Origin: an uncultured virus (IMG/VR IMGVR_UViG_3300030376_007133)
Lineage: Duplodnaviria; Heunggongvirae; Uroviricota; Caudoviricetes
Virus record (IMG/VR): IMGVR_UViG_3300030376_007133
Reading direction: 5' to 3' (one strand)
DNA: 64,000 nt
Within the stretch, counting starts at the first letter, position 1; each line of letters opens with the position of its first letter. The translations under genes were made by a program, and so were the position numbers. Shown here one piece after another: positions 9,251 through 18,670 of the stretch. The notes beneath the pieces were generated by a model, which worked only from the letters and a program-made list of their open reading frames with translations, was not told the DNA's origin and did not search any database.

Positions 9251-10218
9251 TAGATTTCCTCTACATTTTTCTTTTTAATTGCTATAGCAAAAACTCCAAC
9301 TCGTGCAGTGCCGACATGAACTCCGCCTGCATTAGCCCCTCTATCACCTGTATATCTTGCATAAAATATTGCTTTGTAATCACCCTTTGGAACGGCACCA
9401 TTATTATCTTGATGTTTTGATTTGATATAATAATTTCTGCCACGCTTTTTGATTTTCATAGGACCTTGATGAAATTCATCTACGTTATTTTTACCTCGTT
9501 CTTTTCCATAATCTATACCCCATACAGATTGCAAAATTAGTTTTTTATTATTTAAACTACGCCATGCAGTATCACCACTTTTCATTCCGTCTGGAAACTG
9601 TTTCTTTAGAGCAAGCATCCAATCTGTAACAAGTTTATTATTTTTAAATATCTTATCCGCTAAACCACCATATTGTTGAAAGTCTTTAGCTGTTGAACCA
9701 TCTTTATGAGATATCCATGCAACTGCTTCACCCTTAGCATCTACTAAATGAAAATCTGATTTAGGTGTACCACCTGTAGATTCTACACCAACTACCATTA
9801 CTTTTCTTTTACCAACTATCATGGGCAACACTGATATGCCATCTTTGACCATTGCACGTTCTATTTCTTTTCTTAAGCCTGCAAGTTCTCTATCTTCTGC
9901 AGCAGTACCAGAACCTTTGCCTTTACCACCAAACTCTGGAGTTTTATGAAACTCATGAGGATATTTTACTGTAACAGCTTTACCTTTATCTGTTTTGCCT
10001 TTCATCATTGCTGAATATCCATTAACATACATTTCTGCATCTAATGTTTTCCAATCAGGCGATGTTATCATCACAGCACCTTTATCTGTTGAAAAGTATT
10101 CTTTATCCTTTACTTTATCTACAAATACAGGTACTCTAGCAAAGCTTCGTTTTGCAAGATCGTAGTGTTTTAATTGTAAGAATGTATTCTCTGCCATAAA
10201 CGTGGAAAATCTCTTCAT
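9250..10218 (-). CDS. Protein with capsid-targeting-like N-terminus and possible PD-(D/E)xK nuclease fold
   Basis: MKRFSTFMAE; AAED...TPKSDFHL...ISHKDG...FQQYGG. Confidence 0.5.
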   Translation of the reverse strand: MKRFSTFMAENTFLQLKHYDLAKRSFARVPVFVDKVKDKEYFSTDKGAVMITSPDWKTLDAEMYVNGYSAMMKGKTDKGKAVTVKYPHEFHKTPEFGGKGKGSGTAAEDRELAGLRKEIERAMVKDGISVLPMIVGKRKVMVVGVESTGGTPKSDFHLVDAKGEAVAWISHKDGSTAKDFQQYGGLADKIFKNNKLVTDWMLALKKQFPDGMKSGDTAWRSLNNKKLILQSVWGIDYGKERGKNNVDEFHQGPMKIKKRGRNYYIKSKHQDNNGAVPKGDYKAIFYARYTGDRGANAGGVHVGTARVGVFAIAIKKKNVEEI

Positions 10219-10242
10219 GGTTCTACCTAAGTTATTTTACAC

Positions 10243-10250
10243 TATTTATA
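10243..10250 (-). promoter_or_regulatory. T4-type late promoter TATAAATA
   Basis: Exact consensus 25 nt upstream of ATG 10218. Confidence 0.75.
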
Positions 10251-10257
10251 TCTTTTT

Positions 10258-10333
10258 TGGTCAGGGCGGCAGGACTCGAACCTGCGGTCTCTCGGATCCA
10301 AACCGAGCACTTTACCAACTAAGCTACGCCCTG
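10258..10333 (-). tRNA. trnP: tRNA-Pro(UGG), CCA encoded
   Basis: CAGGGCG/CGCCCTG acceptor stem, anticodon arm CTCGG-TTTGGAT-CCGAG, T-loop TTCGAGT, A73-CCA; 76 nt. Confidence 0.95.
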
Positions 10334-10335
10334 AT

Positions 10336-10360
10336 AAAAAAAAGGCGGCACAAGGCCGCC
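10336..10360 (-). terminator. Intrinsic terminator
   Basis: GGCGGC-CTTGT-GCCGCC followed by T8. Confidence 0.75.
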
Positions 10361-10385
10361 GAGTTGGGAGGGAGGAAAATCCGTC

Positions 10386-10643
10386 TCAGCGACGGTAGAT
10401 GTACGCATCTACCTTTGATGCATACTTAAGCGGGAGAGAGTTATTATATCGCCATACGCCCATACGGTGACCACGACCCTGAGCCTTTACATAGTAGCGA
10501 TGAAAATAACCTTGCTCTTTTAAATCTCTATTTAGGTTTTTAACCATACGACGAACAGATGCAAGTTCTGTTTGATCTTGCTCATCCATTCCGAATGTAC
10601 CGATGTAAGCCTCGGTACGCTGCTTTGATTTATCATAATACAT
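10386..10643 (-). CDS. Hypothetical early protein
   Basis: Coupled ORF downstream of early promoter. Confidence 0.6.
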   Translation of the reverse strand: MYYDKSKQRTEAYIGTFGMDEQDQTELASVRRMVKNLNRDLKEQGYFHRYYVKAQGRGHRMGVWRYNNSLPLKYASKVDAYIYRR

Positions 10644-10909
10644 TATTCAAACTCCCATTCTTTAAATGTAACAATATCACATATTTCTTTCACAACCTTA
10701 CGGCCGTACTCAGTGAATAGTATTCCACGATGCCATACCCAATGCTCAACGCATTGCTCATGTGAAAACTCATCTTGCTGAGTCATCCAACGAAGAGCAT
10801 CCTTACGAGTCTTCGCACCAAGAAGCATATAAAAATTAACTTCTTTCTTAAATTCATTTAAGCATCTCTGCTCTTCACGTCTTTCTTCTTCGTCAGTATA
10901 ATATCCCAT
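10643..10909 (-). CDS. Hypothetical early protein
   Basis: GAGAGG RBS before ATG 10909. Confidence 0.6.
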   Translation of the reverse strand: MGYYTDEEERREEQRCLNEFKKEVNFYMLLGAKTRKDALRWMTQQDEFSHEQCVEHWVWHRGILFTEYGRKVVKEICDIVTFKEWEFE

Positions 10910-10935
10910 TGCTTTTCCTCTCATTTAATAAGTAT

Positions 10936-10968
10936 ATACTAACATAAAAAGGGGTGCTTGTACACCCC
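10936..10968 (-). promoter_or_regulatory. Early promoter TGTACA-N17-TAGTAT overlapping a terminator hairpin
   Basis: GGGGTG-TACAAG-CACCCC-T5 contains the -35. Confidence 0.7.
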
Positions 10969-11126
10969 TTTTTTTACTTTTTTTAAATTTTTTTATATGT
11001 GTTACAATTATGTCACACTATTTGTTATTTCTTTTATTCTTCCGCAAACCATGTAAATACTTAGGAACACCTGCGTCTTTCTTCTTCAACCAAGTTTTAT
11101 ATTTCTTTCTTAACTTACAGAATATT

Positions 11127-12083
11127 TTAGGCAGCGAGCGCATACTCGACTGCCTTTTCAGCGGCTTTCACCTTACGTGGTTGGTTATATCCGAACCACT
11201 GATTATGAAGCCTTTGCTCAGCCGAACGGCCTTGCAAGTGATCAGTAACATAAGTCACTGAGTTGAAAGCCTGCCACCAAGAACCTTCACCGTACTGAGC
11301 ACCAGGCTGAGTCTCAAGTGCATCGTAGCACATTTGAGCAGATCGTGAAAGACCTTCGTAAGTAGTTGCAGCAACTTTATCTGCAGTTCTTGAAGTTGAA
11401 GGATAAACCTCATCGTAAAACTTGATAAGATTCTCAACTGAGAAACGCTTAGAACCTAAGAACTGAGCCATCTCTTTGTACTTCTCGAACTTCTCGTGAG
11501 CAAGACCAAGATCTGATTTTACTTGATCAGGATCAAACACTGTTCTGTGTCCAACTTTAACTGATCTGTTAGCAGAAGCTTCAAGACTCATTGCAAGAGT
11601 GTTTTTACAAACTACACGAATCGGTGTGAATCGTACGTCAATTGATTTGCCGTACTGATGTGGATTAGAGAACAAGAAGTATGAATCGACTTGATCTTCA
11701 CCGAAGACGTCAAAAGACTCTTTTACTTTTGCAAGTGCCCACACAATCTGACCGTTCTTTAACGATCCTGCTGTATGCATTTCCATGTCACCAGCTGCAA
11801 CATATTCTGCAAAGAAGTTGAAAGCATCTTCGTTCTGAAGAGGATTCCAAGCTTTTGTGACATTTGTCAAGATAGTGTTGTCACTTGTTCTTACAAGCGC
11901 TTGTTGACCTGTCTTGACTCGTTGATCACCAATTGTTACATATGCGTCAACCTTCTCAACTTCCCAGTCAAGATCAGCTTTTTCCATCATTTGTAATGGT
12001 GTCAAGTCATTGCTAACTTCTACACCTAATCCATGCCATGGTAATTCACCGGCATACGCCATTGTTTCTACTTCATGTGACAT
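11127..12083 (-). CDS. DUF932/DUF945 family phage protein
   Basis: MAYAGELPWHGLG, TAGSLKNG, FTPIRVVCKNTL, WQAFNSVT. Confidence 0.85.
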   Translation of the reverse strand: MSHEVETMAYAGELPWHGLGVEVSNDLTPLQMMEKADLDWEVEKVDAYVTIGDQRVKTGQQALVRTSDNTILTNVTKAWNPLQNEDAFNFFAEYVAAGDMEMHTAGSLKNGQIVWALAKVKESFDVFGEDQVDSYFLFSNPHQYGKSIDVRFTPIRVVCKNTLAMSLEASANRSVKVGHRTVFDPDQVKSDLGLAHEKFEKYKEMAQFLGSKRFSVENLIKFYDEVYPSTSRTADKVAATTYEGLSRSAQMCYDALETQPGAQYGEGSWWQAFNSVTYVTDHLQGRSAEQRLHNQWFGYNQPRKVKAAEKAVEYALAA

Positions 12084-12095
12084 TCTATATCTCCT

Positions 12096-12272
12096 TCACA
12101 CAGTTGCTATTTCTTGAAAAATGAATTTTGCTTCTTGAGCAAATTCGCGATCGGTGCACTGACTAAAGTCAAATGCTGTACATTCCATAGTGTACAAAAC
12201 TTCTTTTGCAGTCATCTCATCAACACCACAGATTTCCATAATTCTTTTAGTATACTCAGTCCATATTGACAT
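12096..12272 (-). CDS. Hypothetical early protein
   Basis: Same 25-nt leader and RBS as gene at 10909. Confidence 0.6.
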   Translation of the reverse strand: MSIWTEYTKRIMEICGVDEMTAKEVLYTMECTAFDFSQCTDREFAQEAKFIFQEIATV

Positions 12273-12298
12273 GCGTTTTCCTCTCATTTAATAAGTAT

Positions 12299-12327
12299 AT
12301 CATACACTATATAAATAGGAATGTAAA
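12299..12327. promoter_or_regulatory. Minus-strand early promoter TTTACA-N17-TATGAT with a plus-strand late promoter TATAAATA (12310-12317) inside its spacer
   Basis: Both consensus sequences read directly. Confidence 0.65.
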
Positions 12328-12383
12328 CAGTTAATTTGAATAAAAACGCATTTTTTTACATTTAATGAGAAAGTGTTACATAA

Positions 12384-12827
12384 ATGACACAGTATTATAT
12401 TACAGGAATTAGGCGCGGTTTAGGTAAAGCTTTAGTCGATAAATATGGTAATTGCAATGCATTAGAAGAATGTGACATATTCATTAATTGTAAACACGAT
12501 GGCTTTTTACAGGTTGATTTACTTTATAAGGCGGCAGATTTAAATAAAAGAATTATAAACATTGGCAGTGCTGCAAGTGATTGGACTAAAGGATACCAAA
12601 AAACTTTTAAATATGGAATTGAAAAGAAAACATTAAAAGATGTTAATGATCAATTATTTTATCAAGGTATAAATACAACTATTATTAATTTTGGTTTTTT
12701 TGATACTGAAAGAGTTGCTAATATAGAAGCTAATAAGATGAGTATAGAATATTGCTTATCTATTGTACAATGGGTTTTAGATCAACCTCATAGAGTAAAG
12801 GATATAACTATTACTCCGTATAAATAG
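12384..12827 (+). CDS. Minimal short-chain dehydrogenase/reductase-like protein
   Basis: ITGIRRGLG, DIFINC, IINIGS, YGIEK (YxxxK). Confidence 0.7.
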   Translation: MTQYYITGIRRGLGKALVDKYGNCNALEECDIFINCKHDGFLQVDLLYKAADLNKRIINIGSAASDWTKGYQKTFKYGIEKKTLKDVNDQLFYQGINTTIINFGFFDTERVANIEANKMSIEYCLSIVQWVLDQPHRVKDITITPYK

Positions 12828-12845
12828 TAAAAATAGGAGATTAAA

Positions 12846-13130
12846 TTGGCGTATAGATATTTATTCACACTTACTAAAGCTGCTGATGATACACCGGTAG
12901 ATACTAGAGATAATACTAATGTATTTGAAAACTACCAAAATTCAAGTAGAATTGTAGGTGAAAATGTTAGTGTAGATTCTGCTAATCCTTTAGTATTACA
13001 TTGCAGTATTGATTTCGATTCAGAGGGTTCATCTGTTTCATATGTTAATACGCTTACAGATGCACTTGGTGTCGGCCAAGTATTTGATGCTGGAATTACT
13101 ATGTCTAATGTTTCAGGTTCAGAAGTTTAA
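12846..13130 (+). CDS. Small hypothetical late protein
   Basis: TATAAATA at 12819-12826, AGGAG RBS, TTG start. Confidence 0.65.
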   Translation: MAYRYLFTLTKAADDTPVDTRDNTNVFENYQNSSRIVGENVSVDSANPLVLHCSIDFDSEGSSVSYVNTLTDALGVGQVFDAGITMSNVSGSEV

Positions 13131-13943
13131 ATTTTTATAATTAAGAGCTATTCTATGTAAGACTCTTTCTTCCATTCTATCAAATTCCCATCTTTTATGC
13201 AGACTCAGCCATTGATCTGACAATAGTATTTGGCCATTTACCCAATCATGATGATACGTATGTTGCTCATCTAATATGTACTCAATTAAACGATTATGAA
13301 TACTTTTAAATTTTTCATCATCTATGTTATGCATACCAAATACTTGTAAAAATGGATAATATAATCCTACTTTACCTGATGCTGTTTTCATTACTAAATC
13401 AAAGACATTATCTTTATTTACGTGATCTCTAAAATATGGCGTAGTACTATATTTTCCAGCCTCGTATCCAAAATAACATTGTATGTCTTTTATTTCTTCT
13501 TTAAAGTCATTAGGTAAATTTTCGTATACGTTAACCATGTTTATAAAGCTGGTTCTACTGCCTTCCATGCCTTCAGCTCCATACATCCAAACGATAGGAT
13601 CTCTTTTTTTATTACTAGCTTGATTTGCATGCCAATCTAATGCGCTCGTATGACCAAATAAACCAGGCTCACCTTTATCATTCTTTTTCCCTGTAACTCT
13701 TATTACACCATCAATAAGATTAATAGGATTAGACCTTGATTTGTTTTTCTGATGCATCACATCACCAATTAGATATGCTATTTCTAATTGATTTTCTGGA
13801 CTAATATCTATTTGCTTATTAAACACAACAACTGTTTGTTCTGATAATAACTTTGCTACATTTAATATATCTTCAACAGATAAATCTCGTATATCATCCT
13901 CAACTATAACGGTCCAACCGTTTTCATGTAAGTTATAATTCAT
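13119..13943 (-). CDS. TauD/TfdA-family Fe(II)/2OG dioxygenase
   Basis: LDWHAN, SRTSFINM, YHHDW...DQWLSLHKR, RVLHRI. Confidence 0.8.
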   Translation of the reverse strand: MNYNLHENGWTVIVEDDIRDLSVEDILNVAKLLSEQTVVVFNKQIDISPENQLEIAYLIGDVMHQKNKSRSNPINLIDGVIRVTGKKNDKGEPGLFGHTSALDWHANQASNKKRDPIVWMYGAEGMEGSRTSFINMVNVYENLPNDFKEEIKDIQCYFGYEAGKYSTTPYFRDHVNKDNVFDLVMKTASGKVGLYYPFLQVFGMHNIDDEKFKSIHNRLIEYILDEQHTYHHDWVNGQILLSDQWLSLHKRWEFDRMEERVLHRIALNYKNLNF

Positions 13944-13944
13944 A

Positions 13945-14649
13945 TCACACCCTATATTTCGTATTAACAATATATAAAAATGGTTGTCTTTCGTTTAATA
14001 AAATTCTATTATCTCCTTCTAACCAACCATAATCTACGAACTCTAAATTTTTATTATTTTGTATCATAATATTCCAATCAGATAAATCACTAGTCATTGC
14101 ATTTTCAATTACACTTATAATACTATTCTCATGCATAAAATTGTGTATATCATTATAAAAATTTTTATGTAACTGCCAATCTAAATCTAGGTATAATCTC
14201 TCTGGCCATTCAAGTAAATCTACTTTTCGTTGCCAATGAGGTGGATTACCTACAATTAAATCAAACTTTTTATGCCGATCAATAGATTGTAAATTATTAC
14301 TATGATACACATTAACATTTGTAAGTGAGTTTTCTTGTATGGTAATATTAATTGTATCTATTGCTGGTTTATGAATATCTGCTAACGTTAATTCATTACA
14401 TAAGTTTCTTCCTAATAATTCAAATCCAATATATCCAGGTCCTGAACACCATTCATAAACATGGTTTACATTACCAAATTTATTTTCTGCATATGAAGCA
14501 TAGCATGGACCTTGTATGCTTCCTCCACCATTTAGTGTTCTATTGTAATAAACTTTAATTCCATGTATATCAATAAACCGATGATCTGGATAATTTTTAT
14601 CACTATAAGATTTTATTTTATAAAATTCATCCATCATATATAAATTCAT
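13945..14649 (-). CDS. Class I SAM-dependent methyltransferase (NPP-type)
   Basis: EWCSGPGYIG; DLIVGNPPH. Confidence 0.8.
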   Translation of the reverse strand: MNLYMMDEFYKIKSYSDKNYPDHRFIDIHGIKVYYNRTLNGGGSIQGPCYASYAENKFGNVNHVYEWCSGPGYIGFELLGRNLCNELTLADIHKPAIDTINITIQENSLTNVNVYHSNNLQSIDRHKKFDLIVGNPPHWQRKVDLLEWPERLYLDLDWQLHKNFYNDIHNFMHENSIISVIENAMTSDLSDWNIMIQNNKNLEFVDYGWLEGDNRILLNERQPFLYIVNTKYRV

Positions 14650-15445
14650 TTGGATCTTTATAAAAGACGTTTTTAAATATAGATTTCTTTTCAGGGTTAA
14701 AATTAGTTTTTGTATCTATGTAATCATCTAAACTAATAGGCTTAAAATCTATAATGCTATCACACGAATAAACTTTTTTATTAATATCGATTGCTATTTG
14801 ATTAAGATCGATATCAATCATTTTAATTTTAGTCTGTTTTGATATCTGTTTAGCAATTGCTAATTGTTCAGTACAAATAGGATGCCAATCAAATTGATCT
14901 TTAATTCCAAATCTACCGTTTTTCCAAACCTTTGCAGTTTGTTTATCAGCTAGTCCAATATTATGAAAGTCTTTTATTAAAAAATTAGATTTATTGTAAA
15001 TAGATTCAAGTTCAGTTCCTCGATTATCTAAGCTATAATCTTCTGCACTTGTGTACCAGTAATTTAAGTCTTTTGCATTTAAAAGATCATTTACTATTTG
15101 CATATTTTTTACAGTTTTTTCAAACCAATAATCGTCATCATAAAAATAATAATAGTGATCGCTTATCTCTTTAGATTTATTTTTAGAGTTGTGTACATTA
15201 CCTAATGTATTCCATTTGCCATCTTTTTTATTATCGAACTTATTATAAAATGGCCAGTTAATTATAAAGCTTGTATTAGTTGCATTCTTAATATATGGAT
15301 AAGTTGTATATAAAACATAATCTGATCCCATAGCCCAGTTACCGATATTAATTCTATCTTCAAAACCAGCACATAGAAAATCTGCCCATGTTGGCCATAA
15401 ATATTTTGTAAAACTACATCCGTTAATTACTAAGTCGTATTTCAC
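14627..15445 (-). CDS. SGNH/GDSL-like hydrolase or acyltransferase
   Basis: INGCSFT...WPTW; distal DWHP. Confidence 0.5.
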   Translation of the reverse strand: MKYDLVINGCSFTKYLWPTWADFLCAGFEDRINIGNWAMGSDYVLYTTYPYIKNATNTSFIINWPFYNKFDNKKDGKWNTLGNVHNSKNKSKEISDHYYYFYDDDYWFEKTVKNMQIVNDLLNAKDLNYWYTSAEDYSLDNRGTELESIYNKSNFLIKDFHNIGLADKQTAKVWKNGRFGIKDQFDWHPICTEQLAIAKQISKQTKIKMIDIDLNQIAIDINKKVYSCDSIIDFKPISLDDYIDTKTNFNPEKKSIFKNVFYKDPNEFIYDG

Positions 15446-16526
15446 TTATTAAATCCTTTACATCTTTCCAATTAAATGTATCTTCTGTATATCTCAATGG
15501 TAAACCTATTAAATACCGATCGCGTTTCGAAGGCGGTACGCTATGCTGCTCAACAGTATTTAGTATTGCAAAATCATAATCTATATTTCCGTATTTAGTG
15601 AAATTTACTGGACCATTTTCGATCGAAGCAATATAATTGATACTAAGATGGTTTTGGCCAGGAACTCTATAGTGAGTATGTTTTACGAGTTCTACGCCTG
15701 ATTTTAAAAATAATGCTCGAGGTTTTTGTACTTCAATATATTTACAATTTAAAATATTAGATAGTTGCTCATACCACTTTTTACATTCTGGGCAATCATC
15801 AAAATTAACATCACAAGCTTTCCAATCAGTAGTTTCCATCATCCATTTTGTAGTAGAGTCAGTTGCATGTATATTATTATAGAAATTACCATAGTTTAAA
15901 TAATTAAGAGATACAACTTCTAGTGCTAATTCTTTCCAATCAATATCGAGCTTGTTTTGATTTAATTCTATTAAATAATCTTCTTTTGGTCTATACTTTT
16001 TTAGATCAAATCTTTCTGAAGATATTTTAAAAAACATTACACTTTGGAAACAACTTGGACTATTTTCATTGTCAATCATTTTATATCTGTCTTTTAAAAC
16101 AGAAGCTTCAATCCAATATTGATTAAACTTTTTAGCGCTAGATTTTAACGCAGCAGTTTTGTTATATTCCATACTTGCAAAACAGTTTTCTTTATCAGTG
16201 TTTTCTTTAACCCACTGATATTGAGCTCTCAGCATCATGAATAGGGGTGTTTGTTTATTTTGTTCTAAGCTACTTGAATAGTTACGGTACTTTGGATCAA
16301 TAAAAGATCTTGTTCCTATTCTACATGTGTAGTTAGGAAATCCTTCTTCTTGTATGCCAGAAAATGATACAATATTATCGCCGTCTTTAATGACGGTATA
16401 TAATAAAAACTTTTTTTCGTGAATGTATTGAAACCAATCTTTATTTCTATCAGTACAATTATCAGCTTGATATTTCCAATAGTCTATAAGATATTGTGGA
16501 GCTGTTTCATAATTCTGTAATAACAT
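15423..16526 (-). CDS. Two-domain protein: GNAT-like N-terminus plus 2OG-Fe(II)/cupin-like C-terminus
   Basis: IVSFSGI...RIGTRSFIDPKYR; LVKHTH...LNTVEQHSV...DRYLI. Confidence 0.5.
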   Translation of the reverse strand: MLLQNYETAPQYLIDYWKYQADNCTDRNKDWFQYIHEKKFLLYTVIKDGDNIVSFSGIQEEGFPNYTCRIGTRSFIDPKYRNYSSSLEQNKQTPLFMMLRAQYQWVKENTDKENCFASMEYNKTAALKSSAKKFNQYWIEASVLKDRYKMIDNENSPSCFQSVMFFKISSERFDLKKYRPKEDYLIELNQNKLDIDWKELALEVVSLNYLNYGNFYNNIHATDSTTKWMMETTDWKACDVNFDDCPECKKWYEQLSNILNCKYIEVQKPRALFLKSGVELVKHTHYRVPGQNHLSINYIASIENGPVNFTKYGNIDYDFAILNTVEQHSVPPSKRDRYLIGLPLRYTEDTFNWKDVKDLISEIRLSN

Positions 16527-16797
16527 CTACGGTTACCTTAAATCCAATATCATTCATATTATCTTTTAATTTTTGCATTCTTGATAAAGTACGTAAAGCT
16601 TTTATCTTATTATCATATGTATCTTTAATAATAAGATAGTCACCTTCTATGTATTTTATTCTATTTTTAGATAAAGCTGTTTCTAATATTTCTGTATCGT
16701 TGTCAGACATATAAGATCTAACAAAACCATCTTTGTAATTATTAAGCCATCCAGATTCTTTATAAGTTTTAATTACAAGAGTTATATTCTTTCCCAT
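16507..16797 (-). CDS. Hypothetical protein
   Basis: Overlapping ORF within island. Confidence 0.5.
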   Translation of the reverse strand: MGKNITLVIKTYKESGWLNNYKDGFVRSYMSDNDTEILETALSKNRIKYIEGDYLIIKDTYDNKIKALRTLSRMQKLKDNMNDIGFKVTVDVITEL

Positions 16798-17483
16798 AGT
16801 TTACCCATCATATAAATGTAGTCGTTACCAAGATCTGCTTTTCTTATATTATTATGATGATCAGTGTGCTTCTCGTCACCCCACATCAACCAATGTAACC
16901 AATTAATATTAGTGCTTGTATCAGATCCAATGCGCTTACTTGTATCTCCATGATCTAAATGAACTACAATTGTTGTAAATTGTTTCCACCAAAAAGACAT
17001 AGCAATAATTGGTGCTAATGGCACTAACATTAATAATAATAGTTTATAATGATATTTTGTAAAGAATTTAACATAAGGTTCTTTTTTTAACCTTACAGCT
17101 TCTTTCAAATCAACAGAAAAGGACTCGCCATAATTACTAAATATTGCTTTAAGTAAGCCAACCTTTCTCCACTCGTGTGGATCTTCTTCTGTTCCAGATG
17201 TTCTATGATGTTTTATATGCATGCCTGCCCACATAATAGCTGGGCCCATATTAGTAGTAACGTATATAATATGTCCTAATAGTATTCCAAGTTTGCTAAA
17301 TTTAAAATGACGGTGTGTGAAATATCTATGAATAAAAACTCCATGACCTAAATGAAACCATAATAAACTAATAGGAAATATTATTAATAGAGTTAGCAAT
17401 GGCCAATTAATAAAATATATGATGGTCAGTATATGAGATATAAGAGCAACAATGTGAATCTTTTGTAAATCAGACATATTCAA
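16782..17483 (-). CDS. Membrane fatty-acid desaturase (delta9/DesC-like)
   Basis: His boxes HRYFTH, HIKHH (+DPH), HTDHH; TM segments. Confidence 0.85.
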   Translation of the reverse strand: MNMSDLQKIHIVALISHILTIIYFINWPLLTLLIIFPISLLWFHLGHGVFIHRYFTHRHFKFSKLGILLGHIIYVTTNMGPAIMWAGMHIKHHRTSGTEEDPHEWRKVGLLKAIFSNYGESFSVDLKEAVRLKKEPYVKFFTKYHYKLLLLMLVPLAPIIAMSFWWKQFTTIVVHLDHGDTSKRIGSDTSTNINWLHWLMWGDEKHTDHHNNIRKADLGNDYIYMMGKLWERI

Positions 17484-18195
17484 TAACTTTTCCTAGTTTA
17501 TACTGCAAATCAAAATTACTAAGTTTTTCTTTATTGGGATATAAATGGTGTTGTGTATGAAGTTCATCACCCCACATAATAGGCCATAGCCATTTATTAT
17601 CTGAGCTTGTATCTTCGCCTCTTCTATTTGTTAAATCGCCGAAGTCTAAATGTACAGCGATAACACTAAATTGTTTCCACCACCAACACATACCAATAAT
17701 ACCACCAAAAATAGGCATCATACAAGTCATAATCTTATAATGATTATTTGTCATTTGCTTCATGTAAGGAGTTAATCTAAAAGTTCGTATAAGTCTTTTC
17801 TTATTGATCGGTGAATATTCAACATGCCATTCGCTAAAGAATATTTTCCAAAAACCTACCTTACGCCATTCATGAGGATCATGATCTGTGCCACTAGTTG
17901 CATGATGCTGTTGGTGTATCGCAACGTACCCAGGTAGTTTACCCATATTTGTCATAATAGCAATAAGGTGTAATATATAAGTTGCTCTATTAGAAAAATT
18001 AAATTGTCCATGAGATAAATGTCTATGCATAAAAACTGAATGGCCAATATGATATATTAAAAGACTAATTGGAATAATCCACAAAAGATATTGCCAACCA
18101 AAATATAAAGTATGGGTTATTAAAACCGCAGTTCCTACTGCGGCTGCAATTTGTGTATTTCTAAGTTCTTTTTCAAATCCTATCATTGTGTACAA
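17470..18195 (-). CDS. Membrane fatty-acid desaturase, paralog
   Basis: His boxes HRHLSH, HQQHH (+DPH), HTQHH. Confidence 0.85.
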   Translation of the reverse strand: MYTMIGFEKELRNTQIAAAVGTAVLITHTLYFGWQYLLWIIPISLLIYHIGHSVFMHRHLSHGQFNFSNRATYILHLIAIMTNMGKLPGYVAIHQQHHATSGTDHDPHEWRKVGFWKIFFSEWHVEYSPINKKRLIRTFRLTPYMKQMTNNHYKIMTCMMPIFGGIIGMCWWWKQFSVIAVHLDFGDLTNRRGEDTSSDNKWLWPIMWGDELHTQHHLYPNKEKLSNFDLQYKLGKVIEYV

Positions 18196-18656
18196 CCTAC
18201 AACGTGTATTCTCTCGTGAGTTAGAGATGCATTCATGGCTGTGTGAGGCAATGTTGTATCAAGCAAATATGGATGTGAATCTGCAGGAACATGGTATAGT
18301 TGTTTATCAATAACTAAAAAACAATGCGGATGAGTAGTTACAGCTAAATGAATTCGTTTTGAAAAATCTTTATGGTACGAATAGCAATTACCTGGTTTTA
18401 CTTTTAATATTCGTGTTCTGTATAAATTATTTTCTGTTATAAATTTCGAAATTTCCCAATGCGGTTCTGTATTTAATTTTTTAAAATCTGTTTCTTTAAA
18501 ATTTTCACCATATGTTGTTCCTACACCATCATGCCACTCACCGTTAGGTGATTGTAATGATATTTGAGAATCGTTCCACCAACCATGGACTTTAACTATA
18601 AAATCAATCTCGATTTGAATTTGATTTAAATCGTATGTTTTATCTATTTTTTGCAT
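18183..18656 (-). CDS. 2OG-Fe(II) oxygenase (Asp/Asn beta-hydroxylase-like)
   Basis: YSYHKD...RIH...LDTTLPHTAMN...RIHVV. Confidence 0.75.
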   Translation of the reverse strand: MQKIDKTYDLNQIQIEIDFIVKVHGWWNDSQISLQSPNGEWHDGVGTTYGENFKETDFKKLNTEPHWEISKFITENNLYRTRILKVKPGNCYSYHKDFSKRIHLAVTTHPHCFLVIDKQLYHVPADSHPYLLDTTLPHTAMNASLTHERIHVVGCTQ

Positions 18657-18670
18657 ACAAATATCTATAT

